Of a stretch of 64,000 nt of DNA, positions 42,501 to 57,500 are shown piece after piece; positions within the stretch are counted from its first letter, which is position 1; every line of letters starts with the position of its first letter. The stretch is from assembly GCF_009914755.1 (NCBI RefSeq), contig NC_060925.1, one strand, 5' to 3'. A program made the translations under genes and the position numbers. The DNA comes from the human T2T-CHM13v2.0 reference genome, Homo sapiens. The notes under the pieces were generated by a model that was not told the origin of the DNA, made no database searches, and saw only the letters and a program-made list of their open reading frames with translations.

Positions 42501-45500
42501 TCGAATGGAATCGAATGGAATCATCGAATGGACTCGAATGGAATAATCATTGAACGGAATCTAATGGAATCATCATCGGATGGAAATGAATGGAATCATC
42601 ATCGAATGGAATCGAATAGAATTATGGAATGAAATCCAGTGTGATCATCATCGAATTGACCCGAATGGAATCATCATCCAACGGAAGCTAATGGAATCAA
42701 CATCGAATGAATCGAATGGAAACACCATCGAATTGAAACGAATGGAATTATCATGAAATTGAAATGGATGGACTCATCATCGAATGGATTTGAATGGAAT
42801 CATCGAATAAAATTGATTGAAATCATGATCAAATGGAATCGAAAGGTATCATTGAATGGAATCGAATGGAATCATCATCAGATGGAAATGAATGGAATCG
42901 TCATAGAATGGAATCGAATGGATTCATTGAATGGAATCAGATGGAATCATCGAATGGACTGGAATGGAATCAGTGAATGGACTCGAAAGGGATCATCATT
43001 GAATGGAATTGAATGGAATCATCGAATGGTCTCGATTGGAATCATTATCAAATGGAATCGAATGAAATCACCGAATAGAATCGAATGGAACAATCATCGA
43101 AAGGACTCAAATGGAATTATGTTCAAATGGAATCGAATGGAATTATCGAATGCAATCGAATGGAATTATCGAATGCAATCGAATAGAATCATCGAATGGA
43201 CTCGAATGGAATCATCGAATGGAATGGAAAGGAACAGTCAATGAACTCGAATGGAATCATCATTGAATGGAATCGAATGGAATCATCGAGTGGAATCGAA
43301 TGGAATTATGATCAAATGGAATCGAATGTAATCATCATCAAATGCAATCAAAAATAACCATCATCAATTGGTATTGAATGGATTGGTCATCAAATGGAAT
43401 TCAAAGGAATCATCATCAAATGGAACCGAATGGAATCCTCATTGAATGGAAATGAAAGGGGTCATCTAATGGAATCGCATGGAATCATCATCAAATGGAA
43501 TCGAATGGAATCATCATCAAATGGAATCTAATGGAATCATTGAACAGAATTGAATGGAATCGTCATCGAATGAATTGAATGCAATCATCGAATTGTCTCG
43601 AATGGAATCATCTTCTAATGGAAAGGAATGGAATCATCGCATAGAATCGAATGGAATTAACATTGAATGGACTCGAATGGAATCCACATCAAACGGAATC
43701 AAGCAGAATTATCGAATGGAATCGAAGAGAATCATCGAATGGACTCGAATGGAATCATCTAATGGAATGGAATGGAATAATCCACGGACTCGAATGCAAT
43801 CATCATCATATAGAATCGAATGGAATCATCGAATGGACTCGAATGGATTAATCATTCAACGGAATCAAATGGAATCATCATCGAATGGAAACGAATGGAA
43901 TCATCATCGAAAGGAAATGAACAGAGTCATCATCTAATGGAATTGCATGGAATCATCATAAAATGGAATAGAATGGAATCAACATCAAATGGAATCAAAT
44001 GGAATCATTGAACGGAATTGAATGGAATCGTCATCGAATGAATTGAATGCAATCATCGAATGGTCTCGAATGGAATCATCTTCTAATGGAAAGGAATGGA
44101 ATCATCGCATAGAATCGAATGGAATTAAAATTGAATGGACTCGAATGGAATCAACATCAAACGGAAAAAAACGGAATTATCGAATGGAATCGAAGAGAAT
44201 CATCGAATGGACCCGAATGTAATCATCTAATGGAATGGAATGGAATAATCCATGGACTCGAATGCAATCATCATCGAATGGAATCGAATGGAATCATCGA
44301 ATGGACACGAATGGAATTATCATTGAACGGAATCGAATGGAATCATCATCGGATGGAAACGAATGGAATCATCATCGAATGGAAATGAAAGGAGTCATGT
44401 AATGGAATTGCATGGAATCATCATAAAATGGAATCGAATGGAATCAACATCAAATGGAATCCAATGGAATCATTGAACGGAATTGAATGGAATCGTCATC
44501 GAATGAATTGAATGCAATCATCGAATGGTCTCGAATGGAATCATCTTCAAATGAAATGGAATGGAATCATTGCATAGAATCGAATGGAATTATCATCGAA
44601 TGGAATCGAATGTTATCAACATCAAATGGAAAAAAACGGAATTATCGCATGGAATCGAAGAGAATCATCGAATGGACCAGAATGGAATCATCTAATGGAA
44701 TGGAATGGAATAATCCATGGACTCGAATGCAATCATCATCGAATGGAATCGAATGGAATCATCGAATGGAGTCGAATGGAATAATCATTGAACGGAATCG
44801 AATGCAATCATCATCGGATGGAAATGAATGGAATCATCATCGAATGGAATCGAATAGAATTATGGAATAAAATCCAGTGTGATCATCATCGAATGGACCC
44901 GAATGGAATCATCATCCAACGGAAGCTAATGGAATCAACATCGAATGAATCTAACAGAAACACCATCGAATTGAAATGAATGGAATTATCATGAAATTGT
45001 AATGGATGGACTCATCATCGAATGCATTCGAATGGAATCATCGAATAAAATTGATTGAAATCATCATCAAATGTAATCAAATGGTATCATTGAATGGAAT
45101 CGAATGAAATCGTCATCAGATGGAAATGAATGGAATCGTCATAGAATGGAATCGAATGGATTCATTGAATGGAATCAGATGGAATCATCGAATGGACTGG
45201 AATGGAATCATTGAATGGACTTGAAAGATATCATTATTGAATGGAATTGAATGGAATCATCGAATGGTCTCGATTGGAATCATTATCAAATGGAATCGAA
45301 TGGAATCACCGAATAGAATCGAATGGAACAATCATCGAATGAACTCAAATGGAATTATCCTCAAATGGAATTGAATGGAATTATCGAATGCAATCCCATG
45401 GAATTATCGAATGCAATCGAATAGAATCATCGAATGGACTCGAATGGAATCATCGAATGGAATGGAATGGAACAGTCAATGAACACGAATGGAATCATCA

Positions 45501-48500
45501 TTGAATGGAATCAAATGGAATCATCGAGTGGAATCGAATGGAATTATGATCCAATGGAATCGAATGTAATCATCATCAAATGGAATCAAAAATAACCATC
45601 ATCAATTGGTATTGAATGGAATTGTCATCAAGTGGAATTCAAAGGAATCATCATCAAATGGAACCGAATGGAATCCTCATTGAATGGAAATGAAAGGGGT
45701 CATCATCTAATGGAATCGCATGGAATCATCATCAAATGGAATCGAATGGAATTATCATCAAATGGAATCTAATGGAATCATTGAACAGAATTGAATGGAA
45801 TCGTCATCGAATGAATTGAATGCAATCATCGAATGGTCTCGAATGGAATCATCTTCTAATGGAAAGGAATGGAATCATCGCATAGAATCGAATGGAATTA
45901 TCATCGAATGGAATCGAATGGTATCAACACCAAACGGAAAAAAACGGAATTATCGAATGGAATCGAAGAGAATCTTCGAACGGACCCGAATGGAATCATC
46001 TAATGGAATGGAATGGAATAATCCATGGACTCGAATGCAATCATCATCGAATGGAATCGAATGGAATCATCGAATGGACTCGAATGGAATAATCATTGAA
46101 CGGAATCGAATGGAATCATCATCGGATGGAAACGAATGGAATCATCATCGAATGGAAATGAAAGGAGTCATCATCTAATGGAATTGCATGGAATCATCAT
46201 AAAATGGAATCGAATGGAATCAACATCAAATGGAATCAAATGGAATCATTGAACGGAATTGAATGGAATCGTCATCGAATGAATTGACTGCAATCATCGA
46301 ATGGTCTCGAATGGAATCATCTTCAAATGGAATGGAATGGAATCATCGCATAGAATCGAATGGAATTATCATCGAATGAAATCGAATAGAATTATGGAAT
46401 GAAATCCATTGTGATCATCATCGAATGGACCCGAATGGAATCATCATCCAACGGAAGCTAATGGAACCAACATCGAATGAATCGAATGGAAACACCATCG
46501 AATTGAAACGAGTGGAATTATCATGAAATTGAAATGGATGGACTCATCATCGAATGGATTCGAATGGAATCATCGAATAAAATTGATTGAAATCATCATC
46601 AAATGGAATCGAATGGTATCATTGAATGGAATCGAATGGAATCATCATCAGATGGAAATGAATGGAATCGTCATAGAATGGAATCGAATGGATTCATTGA
46701 ATGGAATCAGATGGAATCTTCGAATGGACTGGAATGGAATCATTGAATGGACTCGAAAGGGATCATTGTTGAATGGAATTGAATGGAATCATCGAATGGT
46801 CTCGATTGGAATCATTATCAAATGGAATCGAATGGAATCACCGAATAGAATCGAATGGAACAATCATCGAATGGACTCCAATGGAATTATCCTCAAATGG
46901 AATCGAATGGAATTATCGAATGCAATCGAATGGAATTATCGAATGCAATCGAATAGAATCATCGAATGGACTCGAATGGAATCATCGAATGGAATGGAAT
47001 GGAACAGTCAATGAACTCGAATGGAATCATCATTGAATGGAATCGAATGGAATCATCGAGTGGAATCGAATGGAATTATGATCAAATGGAATCGAATGTA
47101 ATCATCAACAAATGGAATCAAAGATAACCATCATCAATTGGTATTGAATGGAATTGTCATCAAATGGAATTCAAAGGAATCATCACCGAATGGAACCGAA
47201 TGGAATCCTCATTGAATGGAAATGAAAGGGGTCATCATCTAATGGAATCGCATGGAATCATCATCAAATGGAATCGAATGGAATCATCATCAAATGGAAT
47301 CTAATGGAATCATTGAACAGAATTGAATGGAATCCTCATCGAATGAACTGAATGCAATCATCGAATTGTCTCAAATGGAATCATCTTCTAATGGAAAGGA
47401 ATGGAATCATCGCATAGAATCGAATGGAATTAACATTGAATGGACTCGAATGGAATCAACATCAAACGGAATCAAGCGGAATTATCGAATGGAATCGAAG
47501 AGAATCATCGAATGGACTCGAATGGAATCATCTAATGGAATGGAATGGAATAATCCACGGACTCGAATGCAACCACCATCGTATAGAATCGAATGGAAAC
47601 ATCGAATGGAATCATCGAATGGACTCGAATGGAATAATCATTGAACGGAATCGAATGGAATCATCATCGGATGGAAACGAATGGAATCATCATCGAATGG
47701 AAATGAAAGGAGTCATCTAATGGAATTACATGGAATCATCATCAAATGGAATCGAATGGAATCAACATCAAATGGAATCAAATGGAATCATTGAACGGAA
47801 TTGAATGGAATCGTCATCGAATGAATTGAATGCAATCATCGAATGGTCTCGAATGGAATCATCTTGAAATGGAATGGAATGGAATCATCGCATAGAATCG
47901 AATGGAATTATCATCGAATGGAATCGAATGGAATCAACATCAAACGGAAAAAAACGGAATTATCGAATGGAATCGAAGAGAATCATCGAAAGGACCCGAA
48001 TGGAATCATCTAATGGAATGGAATGGAATAATCCATGGACTCGAATGCAATCATCATCGAATGGAATCGAATGGAATCATCGAATGGACTCGAATGGAAT
48101 AATCATGGAACGGAATCGAATGGAATCATCATCGGATGGAAATGTATGGAATGATCATCGAATGGAATCGAATAGAATTATGGAATGAAATCCAGTGTGA
48201 TCATCATCGAATGGACCCGAATGGAATCATCATCCAATGGAAACTAATGGAATCAGCATGGAATGAATCGAATGGAAACACCATCGAATTGAAACGAATG
48301 GAATTATCATGAAAGTGAAATGGATGGACTCATCATCGAATGGATTCGAATGGAATCATCGAATAAATTTGATTCAAATCATCATCAAATGGAATCGAAT
48401 GGTATCATTGAATGGAATCGAATGGAATCATCATCAGATGGAAATGAATGGAATCGTCATAGAATGGAATCGAATGGATTCATTGAATGGAATCAGATGG

Positions 48501-51500
48501 AATCATCGAATGGACTGGAAAGGAATCACTGAATGGACTCGAAAGGGATCATTATTGAATGGAATTCAATGGAATCATCGAATGGTCTCGATTGGAATCA
48601 TTATCAAATGGAATCGAATCGAATCACCGAATAGAATCGAATGGAACAATCATCGAATGGACTCAAATGGAATTATCCTCAAATGGAGTCGAATGGAATT
48701 ATCGAATGCAATCGAATGGAATTATCGAATGCAATTGAATAGAATCATCGAATGGATTCGAATGGAATCATCGAATGGAATGGAATGGAACAGTCAATGA
48801 ACTCCAATGGAATCATCATTGAATGGAATCGAATGGAATCATCGAGTGGAATCGAATGGAATTATGATCAAATGGAATTGAATGTAATCATCATCAAATG
48901 GAATCAAAAATAACCATCATCTATGGGTATTGAATGGAATTGTCATCAAATGGAATTCAAAGGAATCATCATCAAATGGAACCGAATGGAATCCTCATTG
49001 AATGGAAATGAAAGGGGTCATCATCTAATGGAATTGCATGGAATCATCATCAAATGGAATCGAATGGAATCATCATCAAATGGAATCTAATGGAATCACT
49101 GAACAGAATTTAATGGAATCGTCATCGAATGAATTGAATGCAATCATCGAATTGTCTCGAATGGAATCATCTTCTAATGGAAAGGAAAGGAATCATCGCA
49201 TAGAATCGAATGGAATTAACATTGAATTGACTCGAATGGAATCAACATCCAACGGAATCAAGCGGAATTATCGAATGGAATCTAAGAGAATCATCGAATG
49301 GACTCGAATGGAATCATCTAATGGAATGGAATGGAATACTCCATGGACTCGAATGCAATCATCATCGAATGGAATCGAATGGAATCATCGAATGGACTCG
49401 AATGGAATAATCATTGAACGGAATCGAATGGAATCCTCATCGGATGGAAACGAATGGAATCATCATCGAATGGAAATGAAAGGTGTCATCATCTAATGGA
49501 ATTGCATGGAATCATCATAAAATGGAATCGAATGGAATCGACATCAAATGGAATCAAATGGAATCATTGAAAGAAATTGAATGGAATCGTCGTCGAATGA
49601 ATTAAACGCAATCATCGAATGGTCTCGAATGGAATCATCTTCAAATGGAATGGAATGGAATCATCGCATAGAATCGAATGGAATTATCATCGAATGGAAT
49701 CGAAAGGTATCAACAACAAACGGAAAAAAACGGAATTATCGAATGGAATCGAAGAGAATCATCGAACGGACCCGAATGGAATCATCTAATGGAATGGAAT
49801 GGAATTATCCATGGACTCGAATGCAATCATCATCGAATGAAATCGAATGGAATCATCGAATGGACTCGAATGGAATAATCATTGAACGGAATCGAATGGA
49901 ATCATCATCGGATGGAAACGAATGGAATCATCATCGAATGGAAATGAAAGGAGTCATCATCTAATGGAATTGCATGGAATCATCATAAAATGGAATCGAA
50001 ACGAATCAACATCAAATGGAATCAAATGGAATCATTGAACGGAATTGAATGGAATCGTCATCGAATGAATTGAATGCAATCATCGAATGGTCTCGAATGG
50101 AATCATCTTCAAATGGAATGGAATGGAATCATCGCATAGAATCGAATGGAATTATCATCTAATGGAATCGAATGGAATCAACATCAAAGGGAAAAAAACG
50201 GAATTATCGAATGGAATCGAAGAGAATCATCGAACGGACCCGAATGGAATCATCTAATGGAATGGAATGGAATAATCCATGGACTCGAATGCAATCATCA
50301 TCGAATGGAATCGAATGGAATCATCGAATGGACTCGAATGGAATAATCATTGAACGGAATCGAATGGAGTCATCATCGGATGGAAACGAATGGAATCATC
50401 ATCGAATGGAAATGAAAGGATTCATCATCTAATGGAATTGCATGGAATCATCATAAAATGGAATCGAATGGAATCAACATCAAATGGAATCAAATGGAAT
50501 CATTGAACGGAATTGAATGGAATCGTCATCGAATGAATTGAATGCAATCATCGAATGGTCTCGAATGGAATCATCTTCAAATGGAATGGAATGGAATCAT
50601 CGCATAGAATCGAATGGAATTATCATCGAATGGAATCGAATGGAATCAACATCAAACGGAAAAATCGGAATTATCGTATGGAATCGAAGAGAATCATCGA
50701 ATGGACCCGAATGGAATCATCTAATGGAGTGGAATGGAATAATCCATGGACTCGAATGCAATCATCATCGAATGGAATCGAATGGAATCATCGAATGGAC
50801 TCGAATGGAATAATCATCGAACGGAATCGAATGGAGTCATCATCGGATGGAAATGAATGGAATCATCATCGAATGGAATCGAATAGAATTATGGAATGAA
50901 ATCCAGTGTGATCATCATCGAATGGACCCGAATGGAATCATCATCCAACGGAAGCTAATGGAATCAACATCGAATGAATCGAATGGAAACACCATCGAAT
51001 TGAAACGAATGGAATTATCATGAAATTGAAATGGATGGACTCATCATCGAATGGATTCGAATGGAATCATCGAATAAAATTGATTGAAATCATCAACAAA
51101 TGGAATCGAATGGTATCATTGAATGGAATCGAATGGAATCATCATCAGATGGAAATGAATGGAATCGTCATAGAATGGAATCGAATGGATTCATTGAATG
51201 CAATCAGATGGAATCATCGAATGGACTGGAATGGAATCATTGAATGGACTCGAAAGGATTCATTATTGAATGGAATTGAATGGAATAATCGAATGGTCTC
51301 GATTGGAATCATTATCAAATGGAATCGAATGGAATCACAGAACAGAATCGAATGGAACAATCATCGAATGGACTCAAATGGAATTATCCTCAAATGGAAT
51401 CGAATGGAAATATCGAATGCAATCGAATGGAATTATCGAATGCAATCAAATAGAATCATCGAATGGACTCGAATGGAATCATCGAATGGAATGGAATGGA

Positions 51501-54500
51501 ACAGTCAATGAACTCGAATGGAATCATCATTGAATGGAATCGAATGGAATCATCGAGTGGAATCGAATGGAATTATGATCAAATGGAATCGAATGTAATC
51601 ATCATCAAATGGAATCAAAAATAACCATCATCAATTGGTATTGAATGGAATTGTCATCAAATGGAATTCAAAGGAATCATCATCAAATGGAACCGAATGG
51701 AATCCTCATTGAATGGAAATGAAAGGGGTCATCATCTAATGGAATCGCATGGAATCATCATCAAATGGAATCGAATGGAATCATCATCAGATGGAATCTA
51801 ATGGAATCATTGAACAGAATTGAATGAAATCGTCATCGAATGAATTGAATGCAATCCTCGAATGGTCTCGAATGGAATCATCTTCTAATGGAAAGGAATG
51901 GAATCACCGCATAGAATCGAATGGAATTAACATTGAATGGACTCGAATGGAATCCACATCAAACGGAATCAAGCGGAATTATCGAATGGAATCGAAGAGA
52001 ATCATCAAATGGACTCGAATGGAATCATCTAATGGAATGGAATGGAATAATCCACGGACTCGAATGCAATCATCATCGTATAGAATCGAATGGAATCATT
52101 GAATGGACTCGAATGGAATAATCATTGAACGGAATCAAATGGAATCATCATCGGATGGAAACGAATGGAATCATCATCGAATGGAAAAGAAAAGAGTCAT
52201 CATCTAATGGAATTGCATGGAATCATCATAAAATGGAATCGAATGGAATCAACATCAAATGGAATCAAATGGAATCATTGAACGGAATTAAATGGAATCG
52301 TCATCGAATGAATTGAATGCAATCATCGAATGGTCTCGAATGGAATCATCTTCTAATGGAAAGTAATGGAGTCATCGCATAGAATCGAATGGAATTAAAA
52401 TTGAATGGACTCGAATGAAATCAACAACAAACGGAAAAAAAAGGAATTATCGAATGGAATCAAAGAGAATCATCGAATGGACCCGAATGGAATCATCTAA
52501 TGGAATGGAATGGAATAATCCATGGACTCGAATGCAATCATCATCGAATGGAATCGAATGGGATCATCAAATGGACTCGAATGGAATAATCATTGATCGG
52601 AATCGAATGGAATCATCATGGGATGGAAACGAATGGAATCATCATCGAATGGAAATGAAAGGAGTCATGTAATGGAATTACATGGAAACATCATAAAATG
52701 GAATCGAATGGAATCAACATCAAATGGAATCCAATGGAATCATTGAACGGAATTGAATGAATCGTCATCGAATCAATTGAATGCAATCATCGAATGGGCT
52801 CGAATGGAATCATGTTCAAATGGAATGGAATGGAATCATCGCATAGAATCGAATGTAATTATCATCGAATGGAATCGAATGAAATCAACAACAAACGGAA
52901 AAAAAAAGGAATTATCGAATGGAATCAAAGAGAATCATCGAATGTACCCGAATGGAATCATCTAATGGAATGGAATGGAATAATCCATGGACTCGAATGC
53001 AATCATCATCGAATGGAATCGAATGGAATCATGGAATGGACTCGAATGGAATAATCATAGAACGGAATCGAATGGAATCATCATCGGATGGAATTGAATG
53101 GAATCATCATCGAATGGAATCGAATAGAATTATGGAATGAAATCCAGTGTCATCATCTTCGAATGGACCCGAATGGAATCATCATCCAACGGAAGCTAAT
53201 GGAATCAACATCGAATGAATCGAATGGAAACACCATCGAATTGAAACGAGTGGAATTATCATGAAATTGAAATGGATGGACTCATCATCGAATGGATTCG
53301 AATGGAATCATCGAATAAAATTGATTGAAATCATCATCCAATGGAATCGAATGGTAGCATTGAATGGAATCGAATGGAATCATCATCAGATGGAAATGAA
53401 TGGAATCGTCATAGAATGGAATCGAATGGATTCATTGAATGGAATCAGATGGAATCTTCGAATGGACTGGAATGGAATCATTGAATGGACTCGAAAGGGA
53501 TCATCATTGAATGGAATTGAATGGAATCATCGAATGGTCTCGATTGGAATCATTATCAAATGGAATCGAATGGAATCACCGAATAGAATCGAATGGAACC
53601 ATCATCGAATGGAGTCAAATGAAATTATCCTCAAGTGGAATGGAATGGAATTATCGAATGCAATCGAATGGAATTATCGAATGCAATCGAATAGAATCAT
53701 CGAATGGACTCGAATGGAATCATCGAATGGAATGGAATGGAACAGTCAATGAACTCGAATGGAATCATCATTGAATGGAATCGAATGGAATCATCGAGTG
53801 GAATCGAATGAAATTATGATCAAATGGAATCGAATGTAATCATCATCAAATGGAATCAAAAATAACCATCATCAATTGATATTCAATGGAATTGTCATCA
53901 AATGGAATTCAAAGGTATCATCATCAAATGGAACCGAATGGAATCCTCATTGAATGGAAATGAAAGGGGTCATCATCTAATGGAATCGCATGGAATCATC
54001 ATCAAATGGAATCGAATGGAATCATCATCAAATGGAATCTAATGGAATCATTGAACAGAATTGAATGGAATCGTCATCGAATGAATTGAATGCAATCATC
54101 GAATGGTCTCGAATGGAATCATCTTCTAATGGAAAGGAATGGAATCATCGCATAGAATCGAATGGAATTAACATTGAATGGACTCGAATGGAATCAACAT
54201 CAAACGGAATCAAGCGGAATTATCGAATGGAATCGAAGAGAATCATCGAATGGACTCGAATGGAATCATCTAATGGAATGGAATGGAATAATCCACGGAC
54301 TCGAATGCAATCATCATCGTATAGAATCGAATGTAATCATCGAATGGACTCGAATGGAATAATCATTGAACGGAATCGAATGGAATCATCATCGGATGGA
54401 AACGAATGGAATCATCATCGAATGGAAATGAAAGGAGTCATCATCTAATGGAATTGCATGGAATCATCATAAAATGGAATCGAATGGAATCAACATCAAA

Positions 54501-57500
54501 TGGAATCAAATGGAATCATTGAATGGAATTGAATGGAATCGTCATCGAATGAATTGAATGCAATCATCGAATGGTCTCGAATGGAATCATCTTCAAATGG
54601 AATGGAATGGAATCATCGCATAGAATCGAATGGAATTATCATCGAATGGAATCGAATGGAATCAACATCAAACGGAAAAAAACGGAATTATCGAATGGAA
54701 TCGAAGAGAATCATCGAACGGACCCATATGGAATCATCTAATGGAATGGAATGGAATAATCCATGGACTCGAATGCAATCATCATCGAATGGAATCGAAT
54801 GGAATCATCGAATGGACTCGAATGGAATAATCATTGAACGGAATCGAATGGAGTCATCATCGGATGGAAACGAATGGAATCATCATCGAATGGAAATGAA
54901 AGGATTCATCATCTAATGGAATTGCATGGAATCATCATAAAATGGAATCGAATGGAATCAACATCAAATGGAATCAAATGGAATCATTGAACGGAATTGA
55001 ATGGAATCGTCAACGAATGAATTGAATGCAATCATCGAATGGTCTCGAATGGAATCATCTTCAAATGGAATGGAATGGAATCATCGCATAGAATCGAACG
55101 GAATTATCATCGAATGGAATCGAATGGAATCAACATCAAACGGAAAAATCGGAATTATCGTATGGAATCGAAGAGAATCATCGAATGGACCCGAATGGAA
55201 TCATCTAATGGAGTGGAATGGAATAATCCATGGACTCGAATGCAATCATCATCGAATGGAATCGAATTGAATCATCGAATGGACTCGAATGGAATAATCA
55301 TCGAACGGAATCGAATGGAGTCATCATCGGATGGAAATGAATGGAATCATCATCGAATGGAATCGAATAGAATTATGGAATGAAATCCAGTGTGATCATC
55401 ATCGAATGGACCCTAATGGAATCATCATCCAATGGAAGCTAATGGAATCAACATCGAATGAATCGAATGGAAACACCATCGAATTGAAACGAATGGAATT
55501 ATCATGAAATTGAAATGGATGGACTCATCATCGAATGGATTCGAATGGAATCATCGAATAAAATTGATTGAAATCATCAACAAATGGAATCGAATGGTAT
55601 CATTGAATGGAATCGAATGGAATCATCATCAGATGGAAATGAATGGAATCGTCATAGAATGGAATCGAATGGATTCATTGAATGGAATCAGATGGAATCA
55701 TCGAATGGACTGGAATGGAATCATTGAATGGACTCGAAAGGATTAATTATTGAATGGAATTGAATGGAATCATCGAATGGTCTCGATTGGAATCATTATC
55801 AAATGGAATCGAATGGAATCACAGAATAGAATCGAATGGAACAATCATCGAATGGACTCAAATGGAATTATCCTCAAATGGAATCTAATGGAAATATCGA
55901 ATGCAATCGAATGGAATTATCGAATGCAATCGAATAGAATCATCGAATGGACTCGAATGGAATCATCGAATGGAATGGAATGGAACAGTCAATGAACTCG
56001 AATGGAATCATCATTGAATGGAATCGAATGGAATCATCGAGTGGAATCGAATGGAATTATGATCAAATGGAATCGAATGTAATCATCATCAAATGGAATC
56101 AAAAATAACCATCATCAATTGGTATTGAATGGAATTGTCATCAAATGGAATTCAAAGGAATCATCATCAAATGGAACCGAATGGAATCCTCATTGAATGG
56201 AAATGAAAGGGGTCATCATCTAATGGAATCGCATGGAATCATCATCAAATGGAATCGAATGGAATCATCATCAAATGGAATCTAATGGAATCATTGAACA
56301 GAATTGAATGGAATCGTCATCGAATGAATTGAATGCAATCATCGAATGGTCTCGAATGGAATCATCTTCTAATGGAAAGGAATGGAATCACCGCATAGAA
56401 TCGAATGGAATTAACATTGAATGGACTCGAATGGAATCCACATCAAACGGAATCAAGCGGAATTATCGAATGGAATTGAAGAGAATCATCGAATGGACTC
56501 GAATGGAATCATCTAATGGAATGGAATGGAATAATCCACGGACTCGAAAGCAATCATCATCGTATAGAATCGAATGGAATCATTGAATGGACTCGAATGG
56601 AATAATCATTGAACGGAATCAAATGGAATCATCATCGGATGGAAACGAATGGAATCATCATCGAATGGAAAAGAAAAGAGTCATCATCTAATGGAATTGC
56701 ATGGAATCATCATAAAATTGAATCGAATGGAATCAACATCAAATGGAATCAAATGGAATCATTGAACGGAATTAAATGGAATCGTCATCGAATGAATTGA
56801 ATGCAATCATCGAATGGTCTCGAATGGAATCATCTTCTAATGGAAAGTAATGGAATCATCGCATAGAATCGAATGGAATTAAAATTGAATGGACTCGAAT
56901 GGAATCAACATCAAACGGAAAAAAACGGAAATATCGAATGGAATCGAAGAGAATCATCGAATGGACCCGAATGGAATCATCTAATGGAATGGAATGGAAT
57001 AATCCATGGACTCGAATGCAATCATCATCGAATGGAATCGAATGGAATCATCGAATGGACTCGAATGGAATAATCATTGAACGGAATCGAATGGAATCAT
57101 CATGGGATGGAAACGAATGGAATCATCATCGAATGGAAATGAAAGGAGTCATGTAATGGAATTACATGGAAACATCATAAAATGGAATCGAATGGAATCA
57201 ACATCAAATGGAATCCAATGGAATCATTGAACGGAATTGAATGAATCGTCATCGAATCAATTGAATGCAATCATCGAATGGGCTCGAATGGAATCATGTT
57301 CAAATGGAATGGAATGGAATCATCGCATAGAATCGAATGGAATTATCATCGAATGGAATCGAATGAAATCAACAACAAACGGAAAAAAAAGGATTTATCG
57401 AATGGAATCAAAGAGAATCATCGAATGGACCCGAATGGAATCATCTAATGGAATGGAATGGAATAATCCATGGACTCGAATGCAATCATCATCGAATGGA

